A stretch of DNA of 64,000 nucleotides, from NCBI RefSeq assembly GCF_006345805.1, contig NC_042997.1, positions 145,886,001-145,950,000 on the forward strand. Direction: 5' to 3'. The notes beneath the pieces were generated by a model. That model had not been told where the DNA came from. It saw nothing but the letters and a program-made list of their open reading frames with translations, and did not search any database. Positions 13,666 through 25,922 of the stretch are shown piece by piece. Position 1 is the stretch's first letter. Each line of letters starts with the position of its first letter. The position numbers and the translations under genes are program-made. This DNA is from Octopus sinensis (taxonomy: Eukaryota).

Positions 13666-14212
13666 CTGTAAGCATGTAAATAATTTCTTTTTCCAAATAA
13701 TGTAAACATGGAAATTAATTTTGTAAAAGTAATTCCTTTCTTCTTTTAAAATTTTAAGCAGTTACTACAAGATTTTCCAAAGAAAACAGAAATTTCAATT
13801 AAATGAGAGTTTTGCATAGATAATTCAATACATCACCTCTTAACTTTTTCAACCAAATTCCTGTATGTGGACTATACTAACTTGATGAGGTCCAATTAAA
13901 CCGAAACATGTCCATAGCGCTCTCCCTCACACAAGGCTAGATTTTGTGTGGCCTACACACAAAGGCTAGATTTTCCACTACACGTGAACATTAATTTTGT
14001 GCTATTGAAACTTAAATTCTTGTATTTTCTCCCTCTTTCTTTTTACTGTAGGTTAGGTTTTATTTTCTATAAGATGGGAATTTCAGTTAATTGAAAATTC
14101 TATGATTATGTAACCCATGATAGAGTCCCTTGGTATTTCATCAAAATTGATGGCATTGATGCACTTTAGTTATTTCTCTATAGTTCATTTTACGATTACT
14201 CTTTTTTTTTAA

Positions 14213-14372
14213 CTCTTTTTACTTGTTTCAGTCATTTGACTGCGGCCATGCTGGAGCACCGTCTTTAGTCGAGCAAATCGATCCCAGGACTTATTCTTTG
14301 GAAGTCTAGTTCTTACTCTATCGGCCTCTTTTGCTGAGCCGCTGAGTTACGGGGACGTAAACACACCAGAGT
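14213..14372 (-). mobile_element. Family B SINE, 3' fragment
   Basis: Seen: cttgtttcagtcatttgactgcggccatgctggagcaccg...gtaaacacacc. Confidence 0.8.
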
Positions 14373-15038
14373 AAACACACCAGAGTTGGATATACTATAG
14401 ATCTGCTTTCATCTGTCACACATAAGGAGAGATTTACTTTGAAGACATTTCTTGATTGGAAGATATGTTGTTGTCCATAACAGACATAGCACAGTATTAA
14501 AGAACATATGGGACAAAGATGTATTCTTCTTTTATACTTCTTACACTGGCTTCCGTCATTGGACTATAGGCAAACTAAGGAAATATCTTTGGGGGTTTTA
14601 ATTGGTTATATCGCTCCCAGAATTTTGTCTGGTACTTCTTTGTATTTGTAAGATACGAAATGTAAAGTGGGTATTGGTTTCAAAGAAATGAATTAATTGG
14701 GTATTAATACAGGAGGGTATTTCGGTTGAAAAACACCTGCGTTTTTCACTTCAGATTGATATATGTGCGTGTGTATGTGTGTATATGTATATGTATTATG
14801 TGTGTATGCGTGTGTATGTATATGTATGTATATGTCTGTATGTGTGCGTGTCTATGTATGCATATATAGTGTGTATGTAAGAATGAGAGAGAAAGAGAAA
14901 AGATTTTCAGTTATACATTTACTTCAGAGAATGATTTTACATCGTCTGCACTCTCCACAGTTAAAGAGCTTTCAAATAAATAACTTTAGATTTATTCTAC
15001 AGAATATGTTTCATACATGTGTGCGTGTGTGTGTATAA

Positions 15039-15075
<37 letters not shown>

Positions 15076-15122
15076 GCGACTGAAGGATATATACACACAC
15101 ACACATACATACACACACACAT

Positions 15123-15155
<33 letters not shown>

Positions 15156-15388
15156 ACCCTCGATCCAATAACACCGTTTACAAACTCTATGCTTGGAATG
15201 ACCAATTTTAAATACTATTGGAACTTACACACAATGTACAAGAAACTTATATGTATACCATTATGCTTAAATAATGGAACTGCAGATGCAATATCCCTGC
15301 ATATCTCACGTCTGTTTTCATTCCTCCACTTCACTCTCTATTTCATATCTTCTCTAGAATAACTATTGCTTAACCATTTTCTCGCACT

Positions 15389-15436
15389 GTCTCCGATGAA
15401 GGGATATATAAAATATCCCGTAAACAGTTGTAAGAC
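15389..15436 (+). ncRNA. Degenerate minimal hammerhead-like motif, CCGAUGA core
   Basis: Seen: GTCT-CCGATGA-AGGGATAT..ATATCCC-GTAAA-CAGTTG-TA-AGAC; GAAA is disrupted. Confidence 0.45.
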
Positions 15437-15478
15437 CTCTTTATAAATGTCCTGAAATATTTTTATCTCATTCTGTTA

Positions 15479-15546
<68 letters not shown>

Positions 15547-15789
15547 TGTATATATTATAATTGCATATATATGTATAGGTTCGTATATGTAAGTATTCGT
15601 ATGTTGTGTATATATATAATATATATATATATAGGGAGAATGTGAGGTATACTAGCCATCTCAATATGGCTAACCACTTAGGGTGGGTGTTACTGTAGCT
15701 TGTAGCCCCAGGAGAACATCATCTCTAGCTGGCTTTAGGCAAAGAAAGTGTGGCTAGTATACCTCACATTGTCGTGTAGTTACTGCTTA

Positions 15790-16060
15790 CACCTTGTTCA
15801 GAGATTTATTATTGCTTATATAGGGAGAGTTTACGGAAAAAAACAAAAGACGAAGACAGGGGGTGTAGAAAACAAACAGATGTATTAGTCTAACGCTCAG
15901 GAATAGAAAAAGTCTTTTACGTTTCGAGCCTACGCTCTTCTACAGAAAGGGACACAGAAAACAAGGAGAGAGAAAAATGTGTGTAGTGGCTAACGATCTA
16001 TCATGGCGTCTGACTCGGACAGAAGGGTCACACACGAGAAGGAAAGTAGGGGAGATAACA
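15790..16060 (-). mobile_element. Penelope-like element terminal-repeat fragment (related copy at 52230-52470)
   Basis: Seen: shared tacgtttcgagcctacgctcttc motif, which is a degenerate hammerhead core on the minus strand. The Penelope link comes from the known association of such ribozymes with these elements. Confidence 0.5.
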
Positions 16061-16410
16061 AAGTGAAGATGACCCCCAACACGAAGGTGCGTGTGTGTAA
16101 AAGAGAGTATTATGTGCGTGTGAAAGAGGGCTGGTGGTCTGGACATGTGCGTGTATGTATGTGTAGGTGTGAAAATGTGGGGATGGGTGTGTGTGGGGTG
16201 TTGTGATGTGATGTGTAATGTTGTATGGTGTAGGGTGGTGTGATGTTGTTGGGGGTGGGGGAGGCGAGAGTGGGGAAAGCACGGGTGGGATGTGGGTTCG
16301 GCTGAGGGTTAGGGTAGAGTTGCGGTTTGTGGGTAAGGCAGAGGGTGGGGGTAGAGATGGAGTATGTGGGGGAGGGTGTGGGGGATGGGAATGATAGGGA
16401 AGGTGGAGGT

Positions 16411-16460
<50 letters not shown>

Positions 16461-16504
16461 TATATACAATATATATATATCTGTATATATATGCTATTGA
16501 GAAT

Positions 16505-16563
16505 ATTCCACTGATGAAGACAGACCATTTCTTATGCAGAGCCAGAAATCCGGGATCTGGAAT
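16505..16563 (+). ncRNA. Minimal type I hammerhead-like motif, stem II decayed
   Basis: Seen: ATTCCA-CTGATGA-(27 nt)-GAAA-TCC(G)GGA-TC-TGGAAT. Confidence 0.5.
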
Positions 16564-16789
16564 TATCCAGTAATTTTATTGCTAGTTTATTTTGTCTCTT
16601 TCTCTCTTTCCTGGTGCTGTATGAACATTTAATGTGGTTTTAGATTCAAGTTTTGGCTGCTATTTCTAGCGTTGTGGTATCTCTTAGATTCCCTAAATTA
16701 TAATATTAATAATAATAATTATTACCTTTGATGGTTTTTATAGCCATGCTGGCGACCTGATAAGATCGGTATTTAAATAACGATCTTAT

Positions 16790-16851
<62 letters not shown>

Positions 16852-17778
16852 ATTATATATATATAAATGTCTTAGCGTTATAAAAGACAGTGTGTTAACA
16901 GACATCGCTTAACATCATGTATAGAGCACTAACCTGGTGTTTGAACGGTACAAGTTTCGATTCTCTATAGCAACCTGCTGATCACACAGCCCCGCCCCGC
17001 CTTGAAGGTTGTGCTCGCACGTGTGTAGAGGTATTTACCCATATTTCTAAGCTGTTTATATACCTATTCATCGTCCGCAATTTCCTTTATTGTCTGTATA
17101 ATATACTGACTCACTCGGCGTTTCAAAGTTTGTTTGAATATACGTATGTATGTATGTATGTATGTATGTATGTATGTATGTATGTATGTATGTATGTATG
17201 TATGTATGTATGTATATATATTGTGGATCTAGCTTTTTCATTTGCACAATATGTATATTTTAAAAGACAGTAAAAAATCTGAAAATCTGCTATAATAATG
17301 TTGTCTTCCAGTCTCATTGCTTTGAAGGTATGATGTTGTAGAGAAAAAAAATTGGAGGAAAAAGTTACAGGGGTTTAAAAATCGAAAATCTGTATATTTT
17401 CAGCCAATAGCGTGACAACAATTTTCTGCGATTAGCGGAGCGTTGTCAACTTTAAGGTTATACCCTGTGAAATTTAGAGTTTATCGTTTGACCTGTTCAT
17501 TGTCGGTTTCTAAATAAATAGAAATACCTAATAAAATCAACATCTATTATCTTACTGTTTCTTTTGTCTCTTCATTGATTGTATGGTTTTATTATTTTTT
17601 AAAAATTTGTTACATCAATATATTTGTTTGTATGTGTTTACTTGATGCATATTTCAGTGTTATGTATATGTCATGTATTTGTGTACATTGTTAATATATA
17701 AGTGCATGTGGATGTATGTATTCATATATAAGTTTATATGTACATTTATACGTACATTTATGCATCTGTGTGTATGCA

Positions 17779-17814
<36 letters not shown>

Positions 17815-18689
17815 TGTGAAGTTGAGTAACGTTTTCATGCTTGGACTTGTAAACTACAATAAGAATAACACAGGTCAACAGAATTTGTCCCAAGGAAAAG
17901 AATACCTGTATCTTATACGTTTTTGTATACAGAATTCAAAAGTAATGTCAAATTATCTGTATCACCTATAGTTTCTCAGTTCCTGTTACGTGGGCTATAT
18001 TTCAGTTATGCTGTTGAAATGTGAAGCTAACGGTTTGAGAAATGCTCCTAGTTTAAATTTTTATGAACAGAATTAACCTAGTAAAATCCTAAATCCAGCT
18101 ATCTGAGTCAATGAGTCCCAAAATATATGAAATACAAAAATATGTAAAAATACTAACACACAGAAAAAGCACAGAAAATTATAAACCCACAGAAGCACAG
18201 AAAAATATGTAATATGCTAACACAGAAAAATAAAAACAAAACACGCGGGTGAAAAGATTCTCGTGGTGTGAAGAATTAAGTGTGAAAAATCAACACAGAC
18301 AACACTGAACCACAACACAGCGTGTGATTGTTATGGTAACAAGCTGCTAATGCCACGCTGTCTGATGATTGGCTAAAATTCCCCAAACTCCCCAACTTTG
18401 ACGCCAAATAACGTCAGATTCTTTAATTTTCGAGATAAAGTAATTAGTTGATCGTAATCAAAATTCAAAGTTGCATCGATACACCAAAATTGAAAGCAAT
18501 CTGAGCAAAATTAAGTGGGGTTCATTTTGCGAATGAGGAAGTCTAGATCCTATTTTGCTAAGAACATAGTAGAGTACAGTATAAAGCGAAACCACCTTCA
18601 GATTTCATCTGGTGCTATCCAGTAGTTGTATTATACGTACTTCCAGGTTGGCGTTTGGACATCTGTCGTGTGATAATTGAAAAAAATTG

Positions 18690-18900
18690 GAGTCAAAAAG
18701 GACATTTATTTTTTAATCACTACAATTGTTTCCACGCAACGTAGTTCTCCAGCCGTGCAGGTACTTGATTATGCAACCGCTTCCATACATTATGAGATCT
18801 AGTTTTGTTTCCTCAGGTGATATGTAAATATTGTCTCCGTAAGTTCACATTTTCGGCTTCAAGAACATCCTCTCTGTCTGTCGTGGCCAGAATTTTTCAA
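18690..18900 (-). mobile_element. Possible 3' end fragment of a mariner transposase
   Basis: Degenerate translation resembling the mariner C-terminus (EDVLEAEN...ARLENYVAWKQL); inference. Confidence 0.35.
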
Positions 18901-18980
18901 TTGTCGACCCGTAACCATGGAAATTAATGTTTTTTTCTTTGTTTATTTTTTTGTTATTTTCATTATGGTTGTAATAGTCT

Positions 18981-19172
18981 TTTCTACTCTAGGGACAAGG
19001 CCCGAAATTTTGGGGGAGGGGGAGTCGATTAGATCGACCCCAGTACGCAAATGTACTTAATTTATCGACTCCGAAAGGATGAAAAGCAAAGTCGACCTCG
19101 GCGGAATTTGAACTCAGAACGTAAAGACAGACGAAATACCGACTTGCTAACATTTCTGCCAGCTCGCCGCCT
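18981..19172 (-). mobile_element. Family A SINE
   Basis: Seen: reverse-complement consensus match. Confidence 0.85.
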
Positions 19173-20589
19173 TATGGTTGTAATATTGAAAATAGAATGA
19201 AATGGTCATACTGCAACACTTCGGTCAGAGATTTGCCCGATCATAGTTGCCCTGAGAGTGGATAAAACACCAAAAGCAACTGCATCAGGAATTTTTACAT
19301 TCTTTCCAAAATGAATCCTGTAGCAATTTCAAAACCAAGAGTAATTTTTGTGTGCAGAAAAGTAGATAAAAACAAAAGGTTTGCTGAGAATAGATATCGC
19401 TGCTGCAAGGAATGTGAGAAACTGTAATTGAAGATTCAGAGAATTCGACTTGGTGATATGGCTGAAAAGGATATTTAAACAGAATTGGACTGATATTGGT
19501 GCTTATAGTGAAAAGTCTGATTATTGCTGTATTTTAACGCTAAACAATGAGGCAAAATATGACAGAAGATGGTAAGTGACTTGATTAATCCATTAATCTT
19601 AAAGTAGTGACAGTTGTAGAGCAGGAGGCTGCTTTTGTTATTGTTTAGGCCCAGGTCATTTTTAATCGGTCAGAGCTAAGATCAAAAGTATTCCACCTAT
19701 GAACATCCTGTCATTTTCACAAAATCTGTATTAACACATGCTTTTATATAAGACACCCACCAAAAGTGCCACGCAGTGGGATCGAACATTATACTACGAA
19801 GTAAATAATTTCCTTTCACAAGCTGGTAATATCAATTCCAAGGAGATTTTGCTGCTTTGTTCCGTTGGGTTCATTGGTAGCATAGATGCTTAACACCATC
19901 ATTAGGTTAAAGCAAGTGGTAAATTCCAGACATATCCAGAATGGTTTCTGATCTGAAACCAGAACTATTTGGAAGAGGGCTAAGTTGAAACCATTGATAT
20001 CAGTAGTTTATTTTATCGACCTTGAAAAGATGAAAAACAAAGTTGGAATTCAGAATGGAAAGAACCGGAATAAATCTTGACCGGCATTTTTTCCGATAAT
20101 CTACAAATTCTGCCAGTTCCCTACCTAAATCTAAACGTCTAGAGATCTGGATTAACAAAGAAAAGAAAAGTATATACATTAATATAATAAAATTGCAGTG
20201 GATATTAACCGAAGATGGTTTACATGAGTCGGCAGTTTATTTTTGATTAGTAAAACCGTAATATTTAAAGAAGAGAATTAGAACATCTTAGCTTCATTGG
20301 ATATTTTCATACTTTAGTGTATAGCCCACTTAATACTTACAACGATTAGAGCATTAATACACTTAAGAAATACTTATGAGTATCACAAATTTTAATTTAC
20401 TACTTTCTTAAAGCATTAAGCTGCTATAAGTTCTCAAAAAAAAAAAAAGAAAAATTATTTCCTTAGCTTATCTAGTTCGAAATTTCTCAGAGTCATTAGA
20501 GCGTGGAAATATGTCTTGCAGTGTTTGTTACGGTTCTCTGCGTTCTAAATTTCACCGATGTCAAGTTGACCTTTTATCCTGTCGTCGTC

Positions 20590-20812
20590 GTCGTCATCAT
20601 CATCATCATTACTGTCTCGAGTCATAGGACTGATAAGGCTGGTTACCCAGTTTCCATGTCGTGTAAGTGATTAATATCATAACAGTCCCTCTGAACGGGA
20701 CGCCAGCTCGGTGGACAGGAGCAACGTAAAATAAAATGTTTTGCTCATGAATTCATCGCACCACCCAATCCGGGAATCGAAACCACAATCATGCGATCGA
20801 GAGTGCAGAACG
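20590..20812 (-). mobile_element. Diverged tRNA-headed SINE with a (GAT)n tail
   Basis: Seen on the minus strand: ggtttcgattcccggatt B-box region, ending in (gat)n. Confidence 0.5.
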
Positions 20813-20879
20813 ATAGATTAGCAGAATTGTCAGACGAGATGCCACGGAATATTGCCTCTGTTTTTTCACATTCGAGTTC

Positions 20880-21310
20880 TTCCTTTTAGAATAAGTTCTG
20901 TCATTCCACCTACCAGCATACGGGAGGCTGGACATTTTTTTTCACCAAGGGAATTCCCTGTTTGCGTCACACATCTTGCTGTGATACCTTCTGAATCATT
21001 GATCACATCATCTTCGATTTCAATCATCACGCACTTAAGGGGTGAGTCCTTTGCACCGCAGTCCTTCCGAGATTGCTGATACTCAGTTTAGGCTTGCTCA
21101 CTAGCTGAAGTGAGGTACTCTGATGAGGCTATCGGTGCGCAATATCGATTTCTGGGAACCATAAGTGAGAACTGTGTCGTAGTCAAGAAACCGGTATTCT
21201 TTTCTATGTATAAAGGTGTGCGGCTCACAGGTTTACAAAGGTACTGTCTCCTATGCACTACGCCAAACACCAGTCTATCGCCATCAGAGGCCCGGGAAAT
21301 ATTATCATGA
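20880..21310 (+). mobile_element. Possible LINE ORF1 relic (Tx1/L1-like)
   Basis: Seen: ORFs 20852-21079 and 21110-21310 share one frame; SDEAIGAQYRFLGTI...VVKKPVF..YKGVRLTG resembles the ORF1 RRM region (inference). Confidence 0.35.
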
Positions 21311-21429
21311 CCGTTGCTTTCTCTTTTTGACTTAAATATATGTTAACGATTATTTCCTCCTCACTGAGGGTGCTATTTTGATCTATTATATTTTTTGCTT
21401 CATTACATTTAAAATGTTAGAACCAAAGA

Positions 21430-21885
21430 AGGCGGCGAACGGCATTTCGTTCGTCTTTACATTCTGGGCTCAAAATCCACCTAGGATAACTTCGTCTTTC
21501 CTCATTTCGGGGTCGATAAAATAAGTACAAGTTGATCACTGGGGTTGATGTAATCGACTTATCCCCTCTCCCGAAATTGCTGGCCTAGTGTATGTTTGCA
21601 CCAAACTTAGCATTTGCTTTCATGTAGAACGTGTCACTGGTTATTTTCCCCTACTTGCTCTTATGTTAGTCTGGAGAGTAAGGCGGTAAGCTGTCAGAAT
21701 CGTTACCGCGCCGTGAAAATGCTTACGGCATTTCTTCTGGCTCCTTTACGTCCTGAGTTCAAATGTCGTCGAGGTCGACTTTCCCTTTCATCTCTTCGGG
21801 ATCGATAAAAAGAAAAAGAGTCATTTGAACACTGGAGTCAATGTAATCGACAAACAGTTGCTGGCTTTGTGCCAAAAATTTGAAA
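21430..21885 (+). mobile_element. Two diverged family A SINEs (about 21430-21590 and 21678-21885)
   Basis: Seen: ggcggcgaac.../ggcggtaagctg... heads and ggggtcgataaa bodies. Confidence 0.7.
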
Positions 21886-22269
21886 GGGCATTAATCTAAA
21901 GAGTGGCAACGGACCGAGCTGGTGATCAAAAAGCTAACAATTATTGTCCCATGACCAAAACAACTAACTATGAAATGGTATGACTATCAAGTTATAAACA
22001 GCTACCATAGATTAGTACATTGTAATCAATGTAAGTAGAGTTGTTGATTAATCACAGATCGACCAAAATCCAATATACTCAAGGAGTGACCACCCAACTT
22101 CTTTATCGATATATTCTCTCTAAGACTACAATATCCAATGTGTTCTTTCGTTTTTAAAGACGATAAGATGTTATTTGAAAGATTCTTAACTGCTATTTCT
22201 TGTCTGTTGAACAATCATGTAGTAGTTCGTTCCTTAATTATTTCGTAAGAATAATGGATTTAAATAATG

Positions 22270-22960
22270 CTTTCTACTCTAGGCACAAGGCCTGACATTT
22301 TGAGGGCGAGGTCTAGTCGATTACACCGACCCCAGTGTTTCACTGATACTTAATTTATCGACTCCGAAAAGATGAAAGGCAAAGTCGATCTCGGTGGAAT
22401 TTGAACTCAGAACGTAGCGGCAGACGAAATACCTATTTATTTACTACCCACAAAGGGCTAAACACAGAGAGGACAAACAAAGACAGACAAACGGATTAAG
22501 TCGATTATATCGACCCCAGTGCTTAACTGGTACTTAATTTATCGAACCCGAAAGGATGAAAGGCAAAGTCGACCTCGGCGGAATTTGAACTCAGAACGTA
22601 GCGGCAGACGAAATACCGCTAAGCATTTCGCCCGGCCTGCTAACGATTCTGCCACCTGACCGCCTTAATGGATTTAAGTAATGTTTCGGTAGGTCTTATG
22701 GCTAAGTTCATATCCTCCTACGAGAGTCGACTGGGTGTTCATGAGATTAACTTGCTTCTGCTATCTTCCTCTTGATAAGGGTTTCAAATTTTAGCACCAA
22801 GCCTGCAATTTCGGGACAGTAGGTAAGTCGATTACATCGAGCCCAGTGCTCAACTGGTACTTATTTTTATCGACCCCATAAAGATGAAAGGTAAAATCGA
22901 CCTCGGCAGAATTTGAACTCAGAACGTCAAGTCAGAAGAAACGCCGCTAAGCATTTTCTT
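22270..22960 (-). mobile_element. Family A SINE tandem dimer (22270-22665) plus a third copy (22788-22960)
   Basis: Seen: body repeated head-to-tail through gacgaaatacc. Confidence 0.85.
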
Positions 22961-23037
22961 CCTCTAGATATAGACACATACACTGCTCAAAGATGAAAAT
23001 TTCAAAGGAAACCCTAATTATTCGAAATCAATAGATA

Positions 23038-23069
<32 letters not shown>

Positions 23070-23570
23070 AACCACGCCACCATCACTACCACTACCACCG
23101 CCCTACTAGTATGAGCCAACATGTGAGCCTCTAAGCAGACGATCAACTCGCTAAAATAGCAGCCAAATATTTCTCAAATTACATTCCTCACTCTTAAAAA
23201 AGGGCTCATTGGCTTACATCGTTCCATATACCTTCATGAAGACGAGATGGTCACGGCTGGAAAACTGTTGATCATAGGTTTTGCTCAGGGTTGACCAAAA
23301 CACTACTACTACAACTACTTCTACTACTACTACTAAGAAGCTTTTATGAGGTGGAAGACCCACCTACCGAAAAAATCCTAACGTACCATGTTAAGTAAGG
23401 GCAGAGGTGAAACACGAATTAGGGAAAGTATACTGAGACAAAAGACAGGTAGATTTGATGATGGATCATGACTAACCTAGGGCTAAACAACAACACCAGT
23501 GACAAGAAAAATAGTTACTACCATCACTACTACTACTATTATTACTACTAGTATTTCTACTACTGCTGCT

Positions 23571-23971
23571 TTGTTTGTTTGTTTGTTGAGCGAAGCGGTC
23601 TTCGTCCCAGAGCTCGCAAGATCGCGCGTCTGTAGTGGGAGAAGTCCGAAACGTGGTCCTTTGCTATTCGTAAGACCCGCAGAAGAGAAAGCAGGGCAAC
23701 CCCCGACACCGAGAGCGTCGGCGGATGGATAAATGCGCATCCAGGCTCAGCGGTTACATAGGAAGTCGGGGACAAGAAACAGGAAGAAAGAGTGAGAGAA
23801 AGTTGGAGCGAAAGAGTACAACTGGGGTCGCCACCCCACGCCCCCGCCGGAGCCTCGTGGAGTTTTAGGTGTTTTCGCTCAATAAACACACACAACGCCC
23901 GGTCTGGGAATCGAAACCACGATCCTCCGACCGCGAGTCCGCTGCCCTAACCATTGGGCCATTGCGACTCC
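23571..23971 (-). mobile_element. tRNA-derived SINE with the family C head and a different 3' half ending in (AAAC)n
   Basis: Seen: first about 190 nt nearly match 8538 onward, then diverge. Confidence 0.85.
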
Positions 23972-23990
23972 ACTGCTACTGATGCTGCTA

Positions 23991-24026
<36 letters not shown>

Positions 24027-24262
24027 TATTTAATGGAGCTCGTATAGAAAATCGTGATTTTCAAATGTTTTCCCGAAGGATAATCAGTGTAAATGAATTG
24101 GAAATCGAAACCAGGTGACAGATATTCTGTTGGTCACGATATTATTGCAACCTTATATCTGCCCACACAATACGATACATTTACGAAGTTTCAGATTCGT
24201 TGGGTGTTGTGGTTCTTTATGTATTCCTTAGGAGCAGTATTATTGATTTCATTCCTTCTTAC

Positions 24263-24335
24263 ATCAGCAAATGTAATTCAGTAATGTTGTTCACTTTTAC
24301 ATCAACAAAATCTTCGTCTACTCCTAAATAATCCG
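24263..24335 (-). CDS. Internal coding exon (73 nt, phase 1/2): (A)DYLGVDEDFVDVKVNNITELHLL(M)
   Basis: Seen: strong acceptor tttttaattacttttgcag, donor gtaagaa; only the phase-1 frame is open. Confidence 0.78.
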
Positions 24336-24740
24336 CTGCAAAAGTAATTAAAAAGAAAAATTAATCACGCTCTTTAACAGGTGCTGTGTGGTTAAAACGT
24401 TTGTCTTACAATCTTGTTATCAGAGGTTCGGCGTAACAGCGTAGCCTGCTACCGAAACTTCCTCACGATGCAGCACATTGGACATTTTTACTCCTCTTCA
24501 GAGCGCGGCACATCGGGCATGAAGTATTTTCTACTCTTCTCTCCTTATTCACGTAAGAACGCGGCACATTTGGCATCATGTGTTTTCTGCTCTTCTATCT
24601 TCCCAACATCGTTGCACATTGGGCATACATTGTTTTCAACAACTCTTCTAACTTCGTAAGAGCTTAGCACATTGAGCTTATCATGTTTTCTGCCTCCTCT
24701 ACCCTAACATCGTTAAGAGTGCGGTACACTAAGCATATGT

Positions 24741-24925
24741 GAAGGCACATGGCTTAGTGGTTAGAGTGTTAGTTCATGACGGTCTGATTATGGTTTCGAT
24801 TCTTGGACCGGGCGAATCGTTATGGCCTTGAGTAAAAATAAAATATTTCATGTTGCTCCAGCCCACTCAGCTGGTAGAAATAAGTAATCCTGTGACGGAC
24901 CCGCGTCTTGTCCAGCAATATGTAC
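24741..24925 (+). mobile_element. tRNA-headed SINE, 5' part
   Basis: Seen: tggcttagtggttagagtg...ggtttcgattc A/B boxes. Confidence 0.6.
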
Positions 24926-24963
24926 ACTAGAGAAACTGCAAAAATGTAGACTAACCTAACGGA

Positions 24964-25374
24964 GTGGCTGTGTGGTATGTAGCTTGCTTACCAACCACAT
25001 GGTTCCAGGTTCAGTCCCACTGCGTGGCACCTTGGGCAAGTGTCTTCTACTATAGCCTCGGGCCGACCAAAGCCTTGCGAGTGGATTTGGTAGATGGAAA
25101 CTGAAAGAAGCCTGTCGTATATGTGTATATATATATATGTATGTGTGTGTATGTGTTTGTGTGTCTGTGTTTGTCCCCCTAGCATTGCTTGACAACCGAT
25201 GCTGGTGTGTTTACGTCCCCGTCACTTAGCGGTTCGGCAAAAGAGACCGATAGAATAAGTACTGGGCTTACAAAGAATAAGTCCCGGGGTCGATTTGCTC
25301 GACTAAAGGCGGTGCTCCAGCATGGCTGTAGTCAAATGACTGAAACAAGTAAAAGAGTAAAAGAGTAAAGAGTA
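24964..25374 (+). mobile_element. Full-length SINE with an internal (TA/TG) microsatellite (family B here)
   Basis: Seen: ggctgtgtggt...ggttcagtccc head, internal microsatellite, ccagcatggc...gaaacaagt(aaaagagt)n tail; at least six related copies in the window. Confidence 0.85.
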
Positions 25375-25890
25375 ACCCATAACATTGAACATATATCGTT
25401 TTCTAATCTTCTACCTTAATTTTGTAACAGCGTGACACATCGGACATTGTGTGTTTCTAGTTTTCTGTCGTAACTTCGATACGACGTAAGCCTTGGGCAG
25501 ATGGAACTAGTATGGAAGCCTGTCGAATTGACTATGCTTTGTAGGATGCGTTTTCTCCTAGTTTAACCCATCCACTTATCCTTTGATATCGGAGCTTCTG
25601 CATGTCATGAATGCTCACTTTCATCCTCTGACTAAGGAAATTTATAATTTGAAGAAACATAATTAATCACCGGGGAACTTGACAGCTTAATCACACAGTT
25701 TTCGTAATATCTCAAATCAATCTTAAAAGTTTTCGTTTATAAAGTTTTTGCAGATCCTTGGCGACAAAATATGTGGGAAGATACGAAAACGGATTTACAT
25801 GTATGGATCAAAACAGTTTCATTCAAATTCGTTGGCACATACATACGTACTGGAAAAAACAAAAATGCCTCGTATTTTATTATAGAATCA

Positions 25891-25922
<32 letters not shown>

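Larger units (their letters stand above)
24468..25495. repeat. Diverged about 54-bp tandem array interrupted by two SINEs
   Basis: Seen: gc(g)gcacattgggcat...gttttct units at 24471, 24507, 24561, 24614, 24667, 24721, resuming at 25380-25495. Confidence 0.7.

Noticed and set aside
22270-22665. CRISPR-like repeat array
   Set aside because: The repeats are SINE bodies of over 100 bp without unique spacers; eukaryotic context, no cas genes.
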